In this document: in pieces, positions 17,865 through 27,603 of the stretch | How the letters are laid out: every line of letters starts with the position of its first letter | Numbering within the stretch: the first letter of the stretch is position 1 | Source: Bacteroidales bacterium | GTDB lineage: Bacteria > Bacteroidota > Bacteroidia > Bacteroidales > TTA-H9 | Direction of reading: 5' to 3' | DNA length: 64,000 bases | Assembly: GCA_030656615.1 (NCBI GenBank) | Contig: JAUSOY010000056.1 | Coordinates: 50-64,049, forward strand | Notes under the pieces: generated by a model | Told to the model about the DNA's origin: nothing | The model's database searches: none | What the model saw: the letters and a program-made list of their open reading frames with translations, nothing else | Position numbers and translations under genes: made by a program

Positions 17865-19358
17865 TTAGCAGCGGTCGTATAAACGAGACATGCTTTTCAA
17901 TTGCAAGGCCAATTCTTTTGTAAGATCGCCGTTGCGGAATCGCCATTGCCAGTTTCCGTCTGGTTTACCAGGGACATTCATACGTGCTTCTGATCCCAGT
18001 TCCAATAAGTCCTGCATTGGAGCGATTGCATATGCAGCTGTTGAGCGCCATGCCAAACGCATGACCTTCCATGCAAAGCTTTCACCACCGCCGGGTATAT
18101 AATGTTTAACCGATTCACGGGTATCAGGATCCAGGGAATCAAACCAACCCAAAACGGTGTCATTGTCATGGGTTCCGGAATAACATACACAATTTGGATT
18201 TACATAATTATGTGGTAGATATTCATTATCCTTTGCTGGCTGAAAAGCAAATTGTAAAATCTTCATTCCTGGAAATCCCAGTGAATCTCTTAACTCTTCT
18301 ACATCAGGAGTTATCACACCCAAATCCTCAGCAATAATGGGTGTTGAACCGAAACGCTGTTTGATAGCATCAAATAATTCCTTACCAGGCGCATTCACCC
18401 ATTGACCATTAATAGCCGTGGTTTCTGTAAATGGTACTGACCAATAAGCCGCAAATCCACGAAAATGATCTATACGGAGCATGTCATACCATTCGAGGCA
18501 CTTCCCTACCCTATCAAGCCACCATTTGAAACCGGTCTGCCTGAGATAATTCCAATCATACAGCGGATTACCCCATAATTGTCCGGTTTCGCTAAAATAG
18601 TCCGGTGGCACTCCGGCAACGTGTGTAGGATTTTTATTATCATCGAACTGAAAAACGGCCGAATTTGCCCATGCATCAGCACTATCGTGCGCGATATAAA
18701 GTGGTAGATCTCCAACAATTTCAATATTATGGTCGTTGGCATATAACTTTAGTGATCTCCATTGATTCGAAAACACAAATTGAAGAAATTTCCAAAAAAG
18801 GATGCGTACCTGGTGAATTGAAATAAATTCAGTAAAAGACTCCTTATTGTATATCCGATACTTGTTTTCCCAGGAATACCAGGGCTCGCCCTGGTGAACA
18901 TTCTTCAACTCCATGAAGAGCGCATAATCATCAAGCCATTCTGTATTTTGGGAACAAAAGCCAGAAAAAGCTATTTTATCTTCCCGGCTCGCAACTTCGT
19001 TAAAACCCTGCCAAGCCTCCCATAAAATTTTAAACTTCTCAACGATTACGGCTCCGTAATCGACTTTATTCTTCGATAAGTTATGACATGCACTGATTTG
19101 CTGCTCTACCAGCCATCCGCTACTTACCATTTCACTTAAGCTGATCAATAGTGGATTTCCTGCAAAAGTCGAGAAGCTTTGATATGGAGAATCACCATAA
19201 CCCGTATGACCCAATGGAAGAATTTGCCATTGCCTTTGACCTGCCATACTCAGAAAATCAATAAAAATCCTTGCTTCTTTTCCTAAAGTTCCGATACCCT
19301 CATTATTGGGTAAAGAACTGATGTGCAGAAGAATGCCACTTTTTCTTTCTATCGCCAT
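17865..19358 (-). CDS. malQ: 4-alpha-glucanotransferase (amylomaltase, GH77)
   Basis: RKSGILLHISSLPNNEGIGTLG is the typical N-terminus. LRIDHFRGFAAYW and YSGTHDNDT are present. Length is 497 aa. Confidence 0.9.
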   Translation of the reverse strand: MAIERKSGILLHISSLPNNEGIGTLGKEARIFIDFLSMAGQRQWQILPLGHTGYGDSPYQSFSTFAGNPLLISLSEMVSSGWLVEQQISACHNLSKNKVDYGAVIVEKFKILWEAWQGFNEVASREDKIAFSGFCSQNTEWLDDYALFMELKNVHQGEPWYSWENKYRIYNKESFTEFISIHQVRILFWKFLQFVFSNQWRSLKLYANDHNIEIVGDLPLYIAHDSADAWANSAVFQFDDNKNPTHVAGVPPDYFSETGQLWGNPLYDWNYLRQTGFKWWLDRVGKCLEWYDMLRIDHFRGFAAYWSVPFTETTAINGQWVNAPGKELFDAIKQRFGSTPIIAEDLGVITPDVEELRDSLGFPGMKILQFAFQPAKDNEYLPHNYVNPNCVCYSGTHDNDTVLGWFDSLDPDTRESVKHYIPGGGESFAWKVMRLAWRSTAAYAIAPMQDLLELGSEARMNVPGKPDGNWQWRFRNGDLTKELALQLKSMSRLYDRC

Positions 19359-19361
19359 GTC

Positions 19362-20894
19362 CTATAATTTTACTTCATCCACGTCATTCACAAAAAACAT
19401 CATACCGGCAGAAATTATCATTACAATGCCACCAAGAACAAGTGCATAAACGGCTTCACCGGCGAATATATTTCTTGTAATAAAACCCAGTAAACTGGCA
19501 GCAATAATTTGAGGAATTACAATAAAAAAATTAAAAATTCCCATATAAGTTCCCATTTTTGCTGACGGAAGAGCACCCGCCAGAATGGCATAAGGCATTG
19601 ATAAAATACTGGCCCATGCCACACCCACACCAATCATCGAAAGAAGAAGTAATATATGATTTTGAATAAAGAAAATCGAAATCAAACCAATCCCTCCCAA
19701 AATCAATGCGAGTGAATGTGTGAATTTTCGACTGGTCCGGCTGGCAATAACAGGGAGTAAAAAAGCCACCAGGGCAGCTACTCCATTATATACCGCAAAA
19801 CAAATTCCAACCCAGTCGGCTCCTTCATTATATAGCGCTGATTTTACATCAGATGCACCATATATATGATGAGTTACTGCTGATGTTGTATATATCCACA
19901 TGGCAAAAAGAGCAAACCATGAGAAAAACTGAACAATGGCAAGCTGTAACATGGTTTTTGGCATCTGATTGATGTCATCCAAAATAACAACCAGTGCATT
20001 TGTATAGTTTCCCTGACGTTTCATCAGGCCAGCTGCAAATTGTATCAGTCCAAAAACCATTAGTCCAAAAGAGAGAATATACAACTCGGCTTTTAAATCA
20101 TGAAACAGAATCCACAGAGAAAAAATAAGGCCAATACATCCTGTTATGCCACCGATACGTAAATTTCGTGAACCATTACCCCTATCATTTAATGAATTTT
20201 CTGCAAAAAATGTTGCGGAATTAACTTTTTCACCATCCTCGAAACTCTTCAATTCTTCAGGATTATACTCCTTTGTTGAAAAAACGGTCCAAAATACCGA
20301 CAATAGAAATACGACTCCACCGAGGTAAAACGACCATTTAACACTTTCCGGAATGACACCAGCGGGAGCTGTATTTGACAAACCAACAAAATTGGTAAAG
20401 ATGTACGGCAGAGCAGAAGCTACAACCGCCCCGAGACCAATAAAAAAACTCTGCATGGCAAAACCTTTGGTCCTTTGCTCGCTGGGTAGCATATCTCCAA
20501 CAAAAGCCCTGAATGGCTCCATACTGATATTAATGGACGCATCCATCATCCAAAGCATTCCGGCAGCAATCCAAAGGGCCGGGGAATTTGGCATAATAAA
20601 AAGTGCAAAAGACGACAAAATAGCCCCTGCCAGAAAATACGGGCGGCGCCTTCCAAAACGACCCCAGGTTTTATCGCTCATATAACCGATAATGGGTTGA
20701 ATTAACAGACCCGTCACCGGGGCCGCAACCCAAAGAATTGGGATGTTATCTACTTTAGCTCCAAGCGTTTCGAATATTCGGCTTACGTTGGCATTTTGAA
20801 GCGCAAACCCAAATTGAATTCCCAAAAAACCAAAGCTCATATTCCAAATTTGCCAGAAACTTAACCGCGGTTTTGTTGCCATAAGGGTAATCAT
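19362..20894 (-). CDS. MFS sugar (maltose/sucrose-type, SLC45/GPH-like) transporter
   Basis: 510 aa with about 12 hydrophobic segments. DKTWGRFGRRRPY is the typical loop 2-3 motif. Its stop is 3 nt before the malQ start, consistent with an operon. An alternative start is the ATG at 20882. Confidence 0.8.
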   Translation of the reverse strand: MITLMATKPRLSFWQIWNMSFGFLGIQFGFALQNANVSRIFETLGAKVDNIPILWVAAPVTGLLIQPIIGYMSDKTWGRFGRRRPYFLAGAILSSFALFIMPNSPALWIAAGMLWMMDASINISMEPFRAFVGDMLPSEQRTKGFAMQSFFIGLGAVVASALPYIFTNFVGLSNTAPAGVIPESVKWSFYLGGVVFLLSVFWTVFSTKEYNPEELKSFEDGEKVNSATFFAENSLNDRGNGSRNLRIGGITGCIGLIFSLWILFHDLKAELYILSFGLMVFGLIQFAAGLMKRQGNYTNALVVILDDINQMPKTMLQLAIVQFFSWFALFAMWIYTTSAVTHHIYGASDVKSALYNEGADWVGICFAVYNGVAALVAFLLPVIASRTSRKFTHSLALILGGIGLISIFFIQNHILLLLSMIGVGVAWASILSMPYAILAGALPSAKMGTYMGIFNFFIVIPQIIAASLLGFITRNIFAGEAVYALVLGGIVMIISAGMMFFVNDVDEVKL

Positions 20895-20904
20895 TGAAGT
20901 CGGA

Positions 20905-20912
20905 CAAAATTA
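20905..20912 (-). promoter_or_regulatory. Candidate -7 box (TAATTTTG on the minus strand) for the MFS-malQ operon
   Basis: The plus strand reads caaaatta. It lies 11 nt upstream of the ATG at 20894 and 23 nt upstream of the ATG at 20882. Confidence 0.3.
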
Positions 20913-21253
20913 GGTTTTTATTTGGTTTTGCAGTTGAATGACTCTTTTGAAATCGCATTTCAATAATTATCCACCTAATTTCTATTCTTTTTTATAGTTG
21001 AAATAGCAATTCAAGCTATAGGGAATAGAAATATTTTATAGAATAAGTTACTTAGTATTGTAAATCAGATAATTAATAACCAACATAAACACTTAATCCA
21101 AATTTTAAATCGAAGTAAAGAATCGCTCAGTAGGAATTTTGACCGAAGATTATTTTCTGTTATCCGTTCAGAAAAATGACACGATAATATTAGTAAGATC
21201 TACGCTGATTCCCGCATGCAAGGCAGTATGGATTGAATAATCAGTTAAATTCA

Positions 21254-21261
21254 TACTTTTG
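21254..21261 (+). promoter_or_regulatory. Candidate -7 box TACTTTTG upstream of the PAS / redox cluster
   Basis: Exact TAnnTTTG match, 21 nt upstream of the ATG at 21283. Confidence 0.35.
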
Positions 21262-21282
21262 TAATAATCAAAGTTATATTGT

Positions 21283-21615
21283 ATGGATTGGAGTAAGGAA
21301 ATCAATTTTGCCATAACTGTTAGTGATAAGGATGGCAAAATCATCGAAATGAATGATAAATCAGCTGAAACGTTTAGCAATTATGGTGGATTTGAACTGC
21401 TGGGAAAATCTCTTTTCGAGTGCCATAAGCCTAACTCCGGTGAGAAAATCCGGGAGATTGGAAACACATTATTAACCAATGCCTATACCATTGAAAAAAA
21501 CGGTCTGAAGAAACTCATTTTGCAAACACCCTGGTATAAAGATGGAGTTTTTGCCGGACTGGTTGAAATTTCACTTGTACTTCCCGATAATATGCCCCAC
21601 TTTATCCGAAAATAG
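21283..21615 (+). CDS. Stand-alone PAS-fold protein (110 aa)
   Basis: FAITVSDKDGKIIEMNDKSAETFSNYGG..LLGKSLFECH resembles a PAS core. There is no output domain. Confidence 0.55.
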   Translation: MDWSKEINFAITVSDKDGKIIEMNDKSAETFSNYGGFELLGKSLFECHKPNSGEKIREIGNTLLTNAYTIEKNGLKKLILQTPWYKDGVFAGLVEISLVLPDNMPHFIRK

Positions 21616-21619
21616 ATTT

Positions 21620-22087
21620 ATGGCACAAAATCAGCGTTCCAAACAAGCCCGTCAATATTTTGAAGAAGGGTATGGATGTGCACAGGCAGTTTTAGGAACC
21701 TTTGCCGAAGATTATGGGCTATCGCGTTCATTGGCATTTAAACTCACACGTCACATGGGAGCAGGCTTTATGTATGAAGGTGGTATATGTGGTGCACTTG
21801 CAGGTGCTTTCATGGTTTATGGACTTGCCTATAATGCTGAAATTGCAGAGGATGAATTGGGTAAAGAAATCGTTTATAATTTGTCCATGAAGCACAAAGA
21901 GGCCTTTAAACAAGCGTTTGGAGGAACCAATTGCAGGGAAATCCTTGGCCACGATTTATCGAATCCTGAAGAAATGGAAATACTCCGACAGAAAAATCTA
22001 TTTCACACCTTATGTCCGATTTTTGTCGAAAAAAGTACTGAATTGGTAGAACAGAATTTAATAAAAAACTTTCAAAATCATGAATAA
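21620..22087 (+). CDS. C_GCAxxG_C_C family (putative redox-active) protein
   Basis: GYGCAQAVLGTF is the C-GCAxxG signature, and later Cys residues occur at GGTNCREILG and HTLCPIF. The start at 21620 (MAQNQRSKQARQYFEEG) is preferred over 21542. Confidence 0.75.
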   Translation: MAQNQRSKQARQYFEEGYGCAQAVLGTFAEDYGLSRSLAFKLTRHMGAGFMYEGGICGALAGAFMVYGLAYNAEIAEDELGKEIVYNLSMKHKEAFKQAFGGTNCREILGHDLSNPEEMEILRQKNLFHTLCPIFVEKSTELVEQNLIKNFQNHE

Positions 22088-22331
22088 AACAGAAATTCTG
22101 ATTCTTGGAACCGGATGTAAAAATTGCCACATCCTCTCAGAAAATATAAAAAAGGCTGTAGAGATACTTCGTCTCGACGCTGAAATAAAAAATATTACAG
22201 ATATTGCAGAAATATTAAACTACGGCATCGCTCAAATGCCAGCTGTCATTATTAACGGAAAAACTGTTGTAAAAGGCAAAGTCCCTGGCGTTAGTGAGCT
22301 ACGCGAAATTATTGTCAAAACCATTTTATAA
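22080..22331 (+). CDS. Small thioredoxin-fold protein (redox-active disulfide protein 2 type)
   Basis: 83 aa. ILILGTGCKNCH carries a CxxC at the N-terminus and MPAVIINGK is present. It overlaps the upstream gene by 8 nt. Confidence 0.75.
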   Translation: MNKTEILILGTGCKNCHILSENIKKAVEILRLDAEIKNITDIAEILNYGIAQMPAVIINGKTVVKGKVPGVSELREIIVKTIL

Positions 22332-22352
22332 AATCACTAAAACTTTTACCAA

Positions 22353-22778
22353 ATGAATAAGAATTATTTAAAGTCATTAATTATTTTGATTGCCATTATC
22401 GTGTCTATTTCGGCATGCAATCAAAGCCTTAAAACCGATAAAGATAAATTGATTTCAACCGTTGAAAGTGGAAAAATTGAAGCCTATTATTTTCATTTTG
22501 AAAGACGCTGCGCTACTTGCAATGCTGTAGAGAAAATCAGTAATGAAACCATATCGGGATTAAACGACAGTACCATCACATTTTTATCGGTAAATCTGGA
22601 TGAAGAAGCCGGTGAAATCATTGGTAAGCATTTGGGAATAAACGCTCAATCACTTGTGATTATTAAAGACAGTACTTTAATCGATTTAACAAATGATGCT
22701 TTTCTTCTGGCAGGTAACAAACCAGAAAAACTGAAAGAGGTTATTCTGGCTGAAATTGAAAAACTTAAAAATCAGTAA
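22353..22778 (+). CDS. Exported CxxC lipoprotein, thioredoxin-like (ArsF-like family as named in databases, from memory)
   Basis: A signal peptide is followed by the lipobox SISAC. YYFHFERRCATCNAVE carries a CxxC. Confidence 0.6.
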   Translation: MNKNYLKSLIILIAIIVSISACNQSLKTDKDKLISTVESGKIEAYYFHFERRCATCNAVEKISNETISGLNDSTITFLSVNLDEEAGEIIGKHLGINAQSLVIIKDSTLIDLTNDAFLLAGNKPEKLKEVILAEIEKLKNQ

Positions 22779-22799
22779 TCAAACACAATATTACTGATT

Positions 22800-23498
22800 A
22801 TGGAATTTTTACATCAGATTCTCGAAAGCACACAGGCGCCATTCCTTACTGCATTAATTCTGGGACTTATGACGGCAATCAGCCCCTGCCCCATGGCTAC
22901 CAATATTACGGCCATTGGATTTATAGGAAGGGAGCTCGAAAACCGTCGAAGAGTATTTTATAGCGGGCTATTTTATACACTTGGGAGAGTTATCAGCTAT
23001 ACAGCACTTGGTCTCATATTCTTTTTCGGAGCCAGCCAGTTTAAAATTAGTGGGATTTTCCAGCAATGGGGCGAAAAGCTCATTGGACCCGTTTTGATTT
23101 TAGTTGGGATATATATGCTTGAAATCATCAAGTTTAATATTGGCAAAAGTTTGGGAATATCTTCCTGGTTTGAAAACCATTTTAAAAACAGCTATGGTGG
23201 TGCCGTTTTTCTCGGTATGGGATTTGCGTTGGCCTTTTGTCCATACAGTGGTGTATTATTCTTCGGAATGCTTATACCCATAACCATAAGCAGTGCTTCA
23301 GGACTTTATCTTCCAGCTGTTTTTGCGGTAGCCACTGGATTGCCCGTTATACTATTTGCCTGGTTATTGGCTTTTTCAATGGCTTCTGTTGGAAAAACAT
23401 ATCAACGTTTGCAGTCGATAGAATACTGGTTTAGAAAAGTGGTAGCCGTTTTGTTTATTGGTGTTGGTATATATTATGTTATTGTAATATTTTTCTGA
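22800..23498 (+). CDS. CcdA/DsbD-like membrane thiol-disulfide transporter family protein (ArsG-like as named in databases, from memory)
   Basis: 232 aa with about 6 TM helices. Two membrane-embedded Cys lie in Pro contexts (AISPCPMA and AFCPYSG), as in CcdA/DsbD-type proteins. Confidence 0.65.
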   Translation: MEFLHQILESTQAPFLTALILGLMTAISPCPMATNITAIGFIGRELENRRRVFYSGLFYTLGRVISYTALGLIFFFGASQFKISGIFQQWGEKLIGPVLILVGIYMLEIIKFNIGKSLGISSWFENHFKNSYGGAVFLGMGFALAFCPYSGVLFFGMLIPITISSASGLYLPAVFAVATGLPVILFAWLLAFSMASVGKTYQRLQSIEYWFRKVVAVLFIGVGIYYVIVIFF

Positions 23499-23647
23499 CA
23501 AATCAATCTCGACGGAATATCAAGTCAAAAATTGAGTATTTGTGCAGAATATAAATACGATTAATTCGTACGTTTTATAATGCTCTTTGTCAATTGAATT
23601 TTATCTCAGATTACATATAATACGTATACAGTAGTATCTTTGTGTTT

Positions 23648-24724
23648 ATGGCAGGAAATACAACAGGACAGGTTTTCCGACTCACCACTTTTGGTGAATC
23701 TCATGGCAGCATTATCGGTGGAATCATCGATGGTTGCCCATCTGGTATTCGTATCGACCGACAGTTTATTTCGAATGAAATGCAAAGACGAAGAGCCGGA
23801 CAAAGTTCCGGAAGTACATCGCGCATAGAAACGGACGAGGTCGAGATCGTCTCAGGCCTCCTTGATGATATAACTACTGGCACACCCATTGGACTTTTAA
23901 TCAAAAATACCCAGCAGAATTCAAAAGATTACGAACATCTCAAAGATGTATATCGTCCTTCTCATGCTGATTATTCCTATGATAAAAAATATGGTGTTTT
24001 CGATCATAAAGGTGGTGGGAGATCATCAGCCAGAGAAACAGCAGTAAGGGTTGCTGCGGGAGCTATTGCTAAACTATTACTGGCACATTCGGGTATTAAA
24101 ATTGATGCCTATGTTTTTGCCGTTGGTAATATATCAATGCCCGAAACACAATATTATGAACGTAACAGCATTGACAAAAGTCCTGTTCGTTGTCCGGAGC
24201 CTGATGTATCTATACAGATGCAAAATTATATTGAAAAATTGCAGGCCGATGGTGATACCTGTGGTGGTGCTATCGTTTGCTACTTAAATAACTTACCTCC
24301 AGGCTTGGGTGAACCCGTATTTGATAAATTACAGGCTTCACTGGCCGCGGCAATGATGAGTATTCCTTCTGCCAAAGCATTTGAGTATGGTAGCGGATTT
24401 GAAAGTATTCATTTGAAGGGCTCACAAAATTCTGACAATTTTGCAATTCGTGAGGAAGTCGTAATTCCATATCGAAATAGTGCTGGTGGTATACTGGGTG
24501 GAATATCAACCGGCCAGCCCATTTGGTTTAAGGTAGCATTTAAAGCTGTTTCTTCTTTGATGAAAGAGCGTGAATCCTTCAATCGAAAAGGAGAAAAAGT
24601 AATCATTCCTGCTGGTGGCCAACACGATGTATGTGTTGTTCCTCGTGCAGTAGCTGTAGTGGAAGCCATGGCCGCTCTCGTATTGGCAGATCATCTTTTA
24701 CGACAGCGAAGTGCCCGTGTATAA
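23648..24724 (+). CDS. aroC: Chorismate synthase
   Basis: MAGNTTGQVFRLTTFGESHG is the canonical N-terminus. GGGRSSARETA and SAGGILGGISTGQPI are present. The ATG at 23648 is preferred over the GTG at 23642. Confidence 0.92.
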   Translation: MAGNTTGQVFRLTTFGESHGSIIGGIIDGCPSGIRIDRQFISNEMQRRRAGQSSGSTSRIETDEVEIVSGLLDDITTGTPIGLLIKNTQQNSKDYEHLKDVYRPSHADYSYDKKYGVFDHKGGGRSSARETAVRVAAGAIAKLLLAHSGIKIDAYVFAVGNISMPETQYYERNSIDKSPVRCPEPDVSIQMQNYIEKLQADGDTCGGAIVCYLNNLPPGLGEPVFDKLQASLAAAMMSIPSAKAFEYGSGFESIHLKGSQNSDNFAIREEVVIPYRNSAGGILGGISTGQPIWFKVAFKAVSSLMKERESFNRKGEKVIIPAGGQHDVCVVPRAVAVVEAMAALVLADHLLRQRSARV

Positions 24725-24785
24725 TCATACGCACTAAACAAACAATTATCCATCCATTGCGTTAGTGAATGAAAAGTATGAATTT

Positions 24786-24793
24786 TAAATTTG
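24786..24793 (+). promoter_or_regulatory. Candidate -7 box TAAATTTG upstream of the AsmA-like gene
   Basis: Exact TAnnTTTG match, 83 nt upstream of the ATG at 24876. Confidence 0.25.
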
Positions 24794-24875
24794 TCAAAAC
24801 TTCCATGAAGTCGAACTAAAATAAAAAAGAATTTCAAATTGGACGATACAACATCTACATGCAAATAATAAAGAG

Positions 24876-27524
24876 ATGAAAAAAACTTTAAAAATTACTG
24901 CCATCGTCATCGTTGTATTGGTGGCATTACTCATTTCCATTCCTTTTATCTTCAAAGGGAAAATTGTTGAAATGGCAAAATCGGAAGCCAATAAAAATAT
25001 TAATGCTCGTGTCGATTTTGGAGATTTTAGCCTATCCATATTTAGAAATTTTCCAGATTTTAGTTTGAAAGTCAAAGATTTAAGTATTACTGGAATTGGC
25101 GTCTTTGAAGGTGATACCCTGGCCTCTATTCCTGAATTTATTATTTCTCTCGATTTAATGAGTGTTATCAATGGAAATTACGAGATAAAAACCATTTCGA
25201 TTCATTCTCCAAGAATAAGAGCCATTATGCTGGCTGATAGCACAGCCAACTGGGACATCGCCAAAATCACCGAAAAAGAAACGGACACCGATACATCTGC
25301 CGTTTTTAAGATCAGCCTCCGAAAATTCAATATTGATAATGCCTATGTTGTTTATGACGACCGACTCATTAATTACTACATGGAACTGGAAGGTATGAAC
25401 CATGAATTAAAAGGCGATTTTAGCATGGGACAAACCGACATTTCTACCTATACTTTCGCCAAAGCACTTACAGCTGTTTATGGTGGAATTAAATATCTCA
25501 ATAAAGTAGAAGCTGAGGCTACGGCGGACATTTCTGCAGATCTTTCCAAATTTATCTTCCACTTTTCAAAAGCAGATGTTCGTTTAAATGAACTGAAATT
25601 CGTTATCGACGGCAGTTTCGGAATGTTAGATGACGGGTATGATTTGGATATGAAGTTTGCAACACAACAAACGGAATTCAAATACTTACTTTCACTCATA
25701 CCAGCCATTTATACCAAAAATTTTGATAAAATTGAAACAGCAGGAAAAATTCTTCTGGAAGGCTATACCAAAGGCAAATACTCCGAAACAAGTCTGCCTG
25801 CCTTTGATGTAAAGATTGGGATAGAAAAAGCAATGTTTAAATATCCTGATTTACCGGCTGCCGTATCAAATATTAGCATGAGGGCACAAATCAGCAATCC
25901 GGACGGAATTCCCGATCATACAATGATCGACATGCCTTCGTTTCATTTAGAATTGGCCGGTAATCCGATGGATATAAGTCTTAAACTTCGCACTCCAATT
26001 TCCGATCCCGATATTCACACCATCATTCGCGGAAAGCTTAATATGGCAGATGTTAAAAAGTTTTATCCCGTCGAGGAAGATTTAAAAGGAACTTTTGATG
26101 CTAACCTTGAACTAAAGGGTAAAATGTCGGCTGTAGAAAGTGGCCGGTATGCTGATTTTAATGCTACCGGAAGTATGAATATTACTGACTTCACTTATCC
26201 CAATAAGGAAATGGGTAAAACCATTTCGATTTCAAAAGCAGGGCTTAATTTCAACCCACAATTTATGGAATTAGCCTCTTTCGATTCCAAAATTGGAGAT
26301 AATGATTTTGGTGCCCGTGGTAAAATCACAAATTATCTTGGGTATTTTTTGAAGAAAGAAGATTTAACCGGCCAAATAGATATCTATTCAAATTATCTTA
26401 ATTTGAATGATTTCATGGCAAATACATCAGACAAAACTGCTTCGGCCGATACCACTCCACTTCCCATATTTGAGGTTCCCAAAGGCATTGACATCAGTAT
26501 GAATGCTCGTTTCGATAAGCTTATATACGATAAACTCGAAATGAAAAATGTTAGCGGACAAATAGTCATCAAGGATCAGATACTGAGTATGAAAAACTTG
26601 ACTATGAATACCTTGGGCGGACAAATGAAAGTAAGTGGTAATTACGACAGCCGTAAACCCGAGAATCCCTTGGCCGACTTCAGTCTCAATTTACAGCAGG
26701 TTGATGTGGCTGAAACAGCTGCGGCATTTGTTTCAATAGAAAAATTTGTTCCGCTTATTAAAAAGGTTACTGGTAAAGTAAGTGCCCAACTCGATCTCAG
26801 CACGATTTTAGGAAAGGGCATGATGCCAATTATCAGCAGTGTACGATCTGGAGGATTGCTTGAAACCAATCAGTTATTAGTCGGAAGTCTCACTGTTTTA
26901 GATAAACTGGGTGATGCTTTAAAAATGGACAAACTTAAAAAACTCGAAATAAATCAAACAAAAATTTCTTACCTCATTGATGAAGGAAAACTTATTGTAA
27001 AACCCTTTGATGTTACCCTAGGGAAAATTGTCGGTAATTTCAGTGGAACCAGCGACCTCGAAAATCAAAGTCTGGATTATGTATTCAACATGCAGATTCC
27101 CAGAAGTGAAATGGGAAGTGCTGCCAATGGTGTCATTAATGGACTGGTTGGAGAAGCCACCAAAAAAGGTTTGAATATCACTCCTGGGGAAACCATAAAC
27201 GTTGCTGCACTAATTACCGGATCGATAAGTGATCCAAAAGTGAGTACAAATCTTATGCAAGCAGCCGGTGGATTAGCAGCTGGATTAAAAAACCAAGCGG
27301 TGGAAGAATTCAATAAGAAAAAAGACGAGTTGGAATCGAAAGCCAAAGAAGAATTGGATGCTCAAAAACAAGCGGCGGAACAAAGGCTTCAGGAAGAAAA
27401 ACAAAAATTATCGAATGAAGCCGAGCTAAAGAAAAAGGCACTGGAAGAACGAGCCAAAAGAGAAGCCGATTCGCTAAAAAAGAAAGGTTTAAACGAAATT
27501 AAAAAGAAATTTAAACCGTTTTAA
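24876..27524 (+). CDS. AsmA-family envelope protein with a Lys/Glu-rich coiled-coil tail
   Basis: 882 aa. It has an N-terminal membrane anchor MKKTLKITAIVIVVLVALLISIPFIF, a long beta-rich body typical of AsmA-like proteins, and a charged C-terminal tail (ELESKAKEELDAQKQAAEQRLQEEKQKL...). Confidence 0.65.
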   Translation: MKKTLKITAIVIVVLVALLISIPFIFKGKIVEMAKSEANKNINARVDFGDFSLSIFRNFPDFSLKVKDLSITGIGVFEGDTLASIPEFIISLDLMSVINGNYEIKTISIHSPRIRAIMLADSTANWDIAKITEKETDTDTSAVFKISLRKFNIDNAYVVYDDRLINYYMELEGMNHELKGDFSMGQTDISTYTFAKALTAVYGGIKYLNKVEAEATADISADLSKFIFHFSKADVRLNELKFVIDGSFGMLDDGYDLDMKFATQQTEFKYLLSLIPAIYTKNFDKIETAGKILLEGYTKGKYSETSLPAFDVKIGIEKAMFKYPDLPAAVSNISMRAQISNPDGIPDHTMIDMPSFHLELAGNPMDISLKLRTPISDPDIHTIIRGKLNMADVKKFYPVEEDLKGTFDANLELKGKMSAVESGRYADFNATGSMNITDFTYPNKEMGKTISISKAGLNFNPQFMELASFDSKIGDNDFGARGKITNYLGYFLKKEDLTGQIDIYSNYLNLNDFMANTSDKTASADTTPLPIFEVPKGIDISMNARFDKLIYDKLEMKNVSGQIVIKDQILSMKNLTMNTLGGQMKVSGNYDSRKPENPLADFSLNLQQVDVAETAAAFVSIEKFVPLIKKVTGKVSAQLDLSTILGKGMMPIISSVRSGGLLETNQLLVGSLTVLDKLGDALKMDKLKKLEINQTKISYLIDEGKLIVKPFDVTLGKIVGNFSGTSDLENQSLDYVFNMQIPRSEMGSAANGVINGLVGEATKKGLNITPGETINVAALITGSISDPKVSTNLMQAAGGLAAGLKNQAVEEFNKKKDELESKAKEELDAQKQAAEQRLQEEKQKLSNEAELKKKALEERAKREADSLKKKGLNEIKKKFKPF

Positions 27525-27539
27525 GATATTATTATTTGG

Positions 27540-27588
27540 AAATTAATGGGGCCTGAATTGCGAAAAGCAATTCAGGCCCCATTAATTT
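27540..27588. terminator. Strong bidirectional intrinsic terminator (22-bp perfect hairpin)
   Basis: aaattaatggggcctgaattgc (27540-27561) and gcaattcaggccccattaattt (27567-27588) are exact reverse complements, with loop gaaaa. The hairpin sits between convergent stops at 27524 (+) and 27604 (-). Confidence 0.8.
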
Positions 27589-27603
27589 AAGATTACCAAT
27601 TGA

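Noticed and set aside
21283-23498. Calling the CxxC cluster an organoarsenical (ArsEFG-type) resistance operon.
   Set aside because: Only the family resemblance of two members supports this, and that is from memory. No ArsR, ArsC, Acr3/ArsB or ArsM gene is present in the window. I kept it as a generic thiol-disulfide relay hypothesis.
23634-23641. A TATCTTTG match to the -7 box just upstream of aroC.
   Set aside because: It ends only 6 nt before the ATG at 23648, so the transcript would be leaderless or start inside the gene. I could not decide between a leaderless mRNA and coincidence, so it is not called as a feature.
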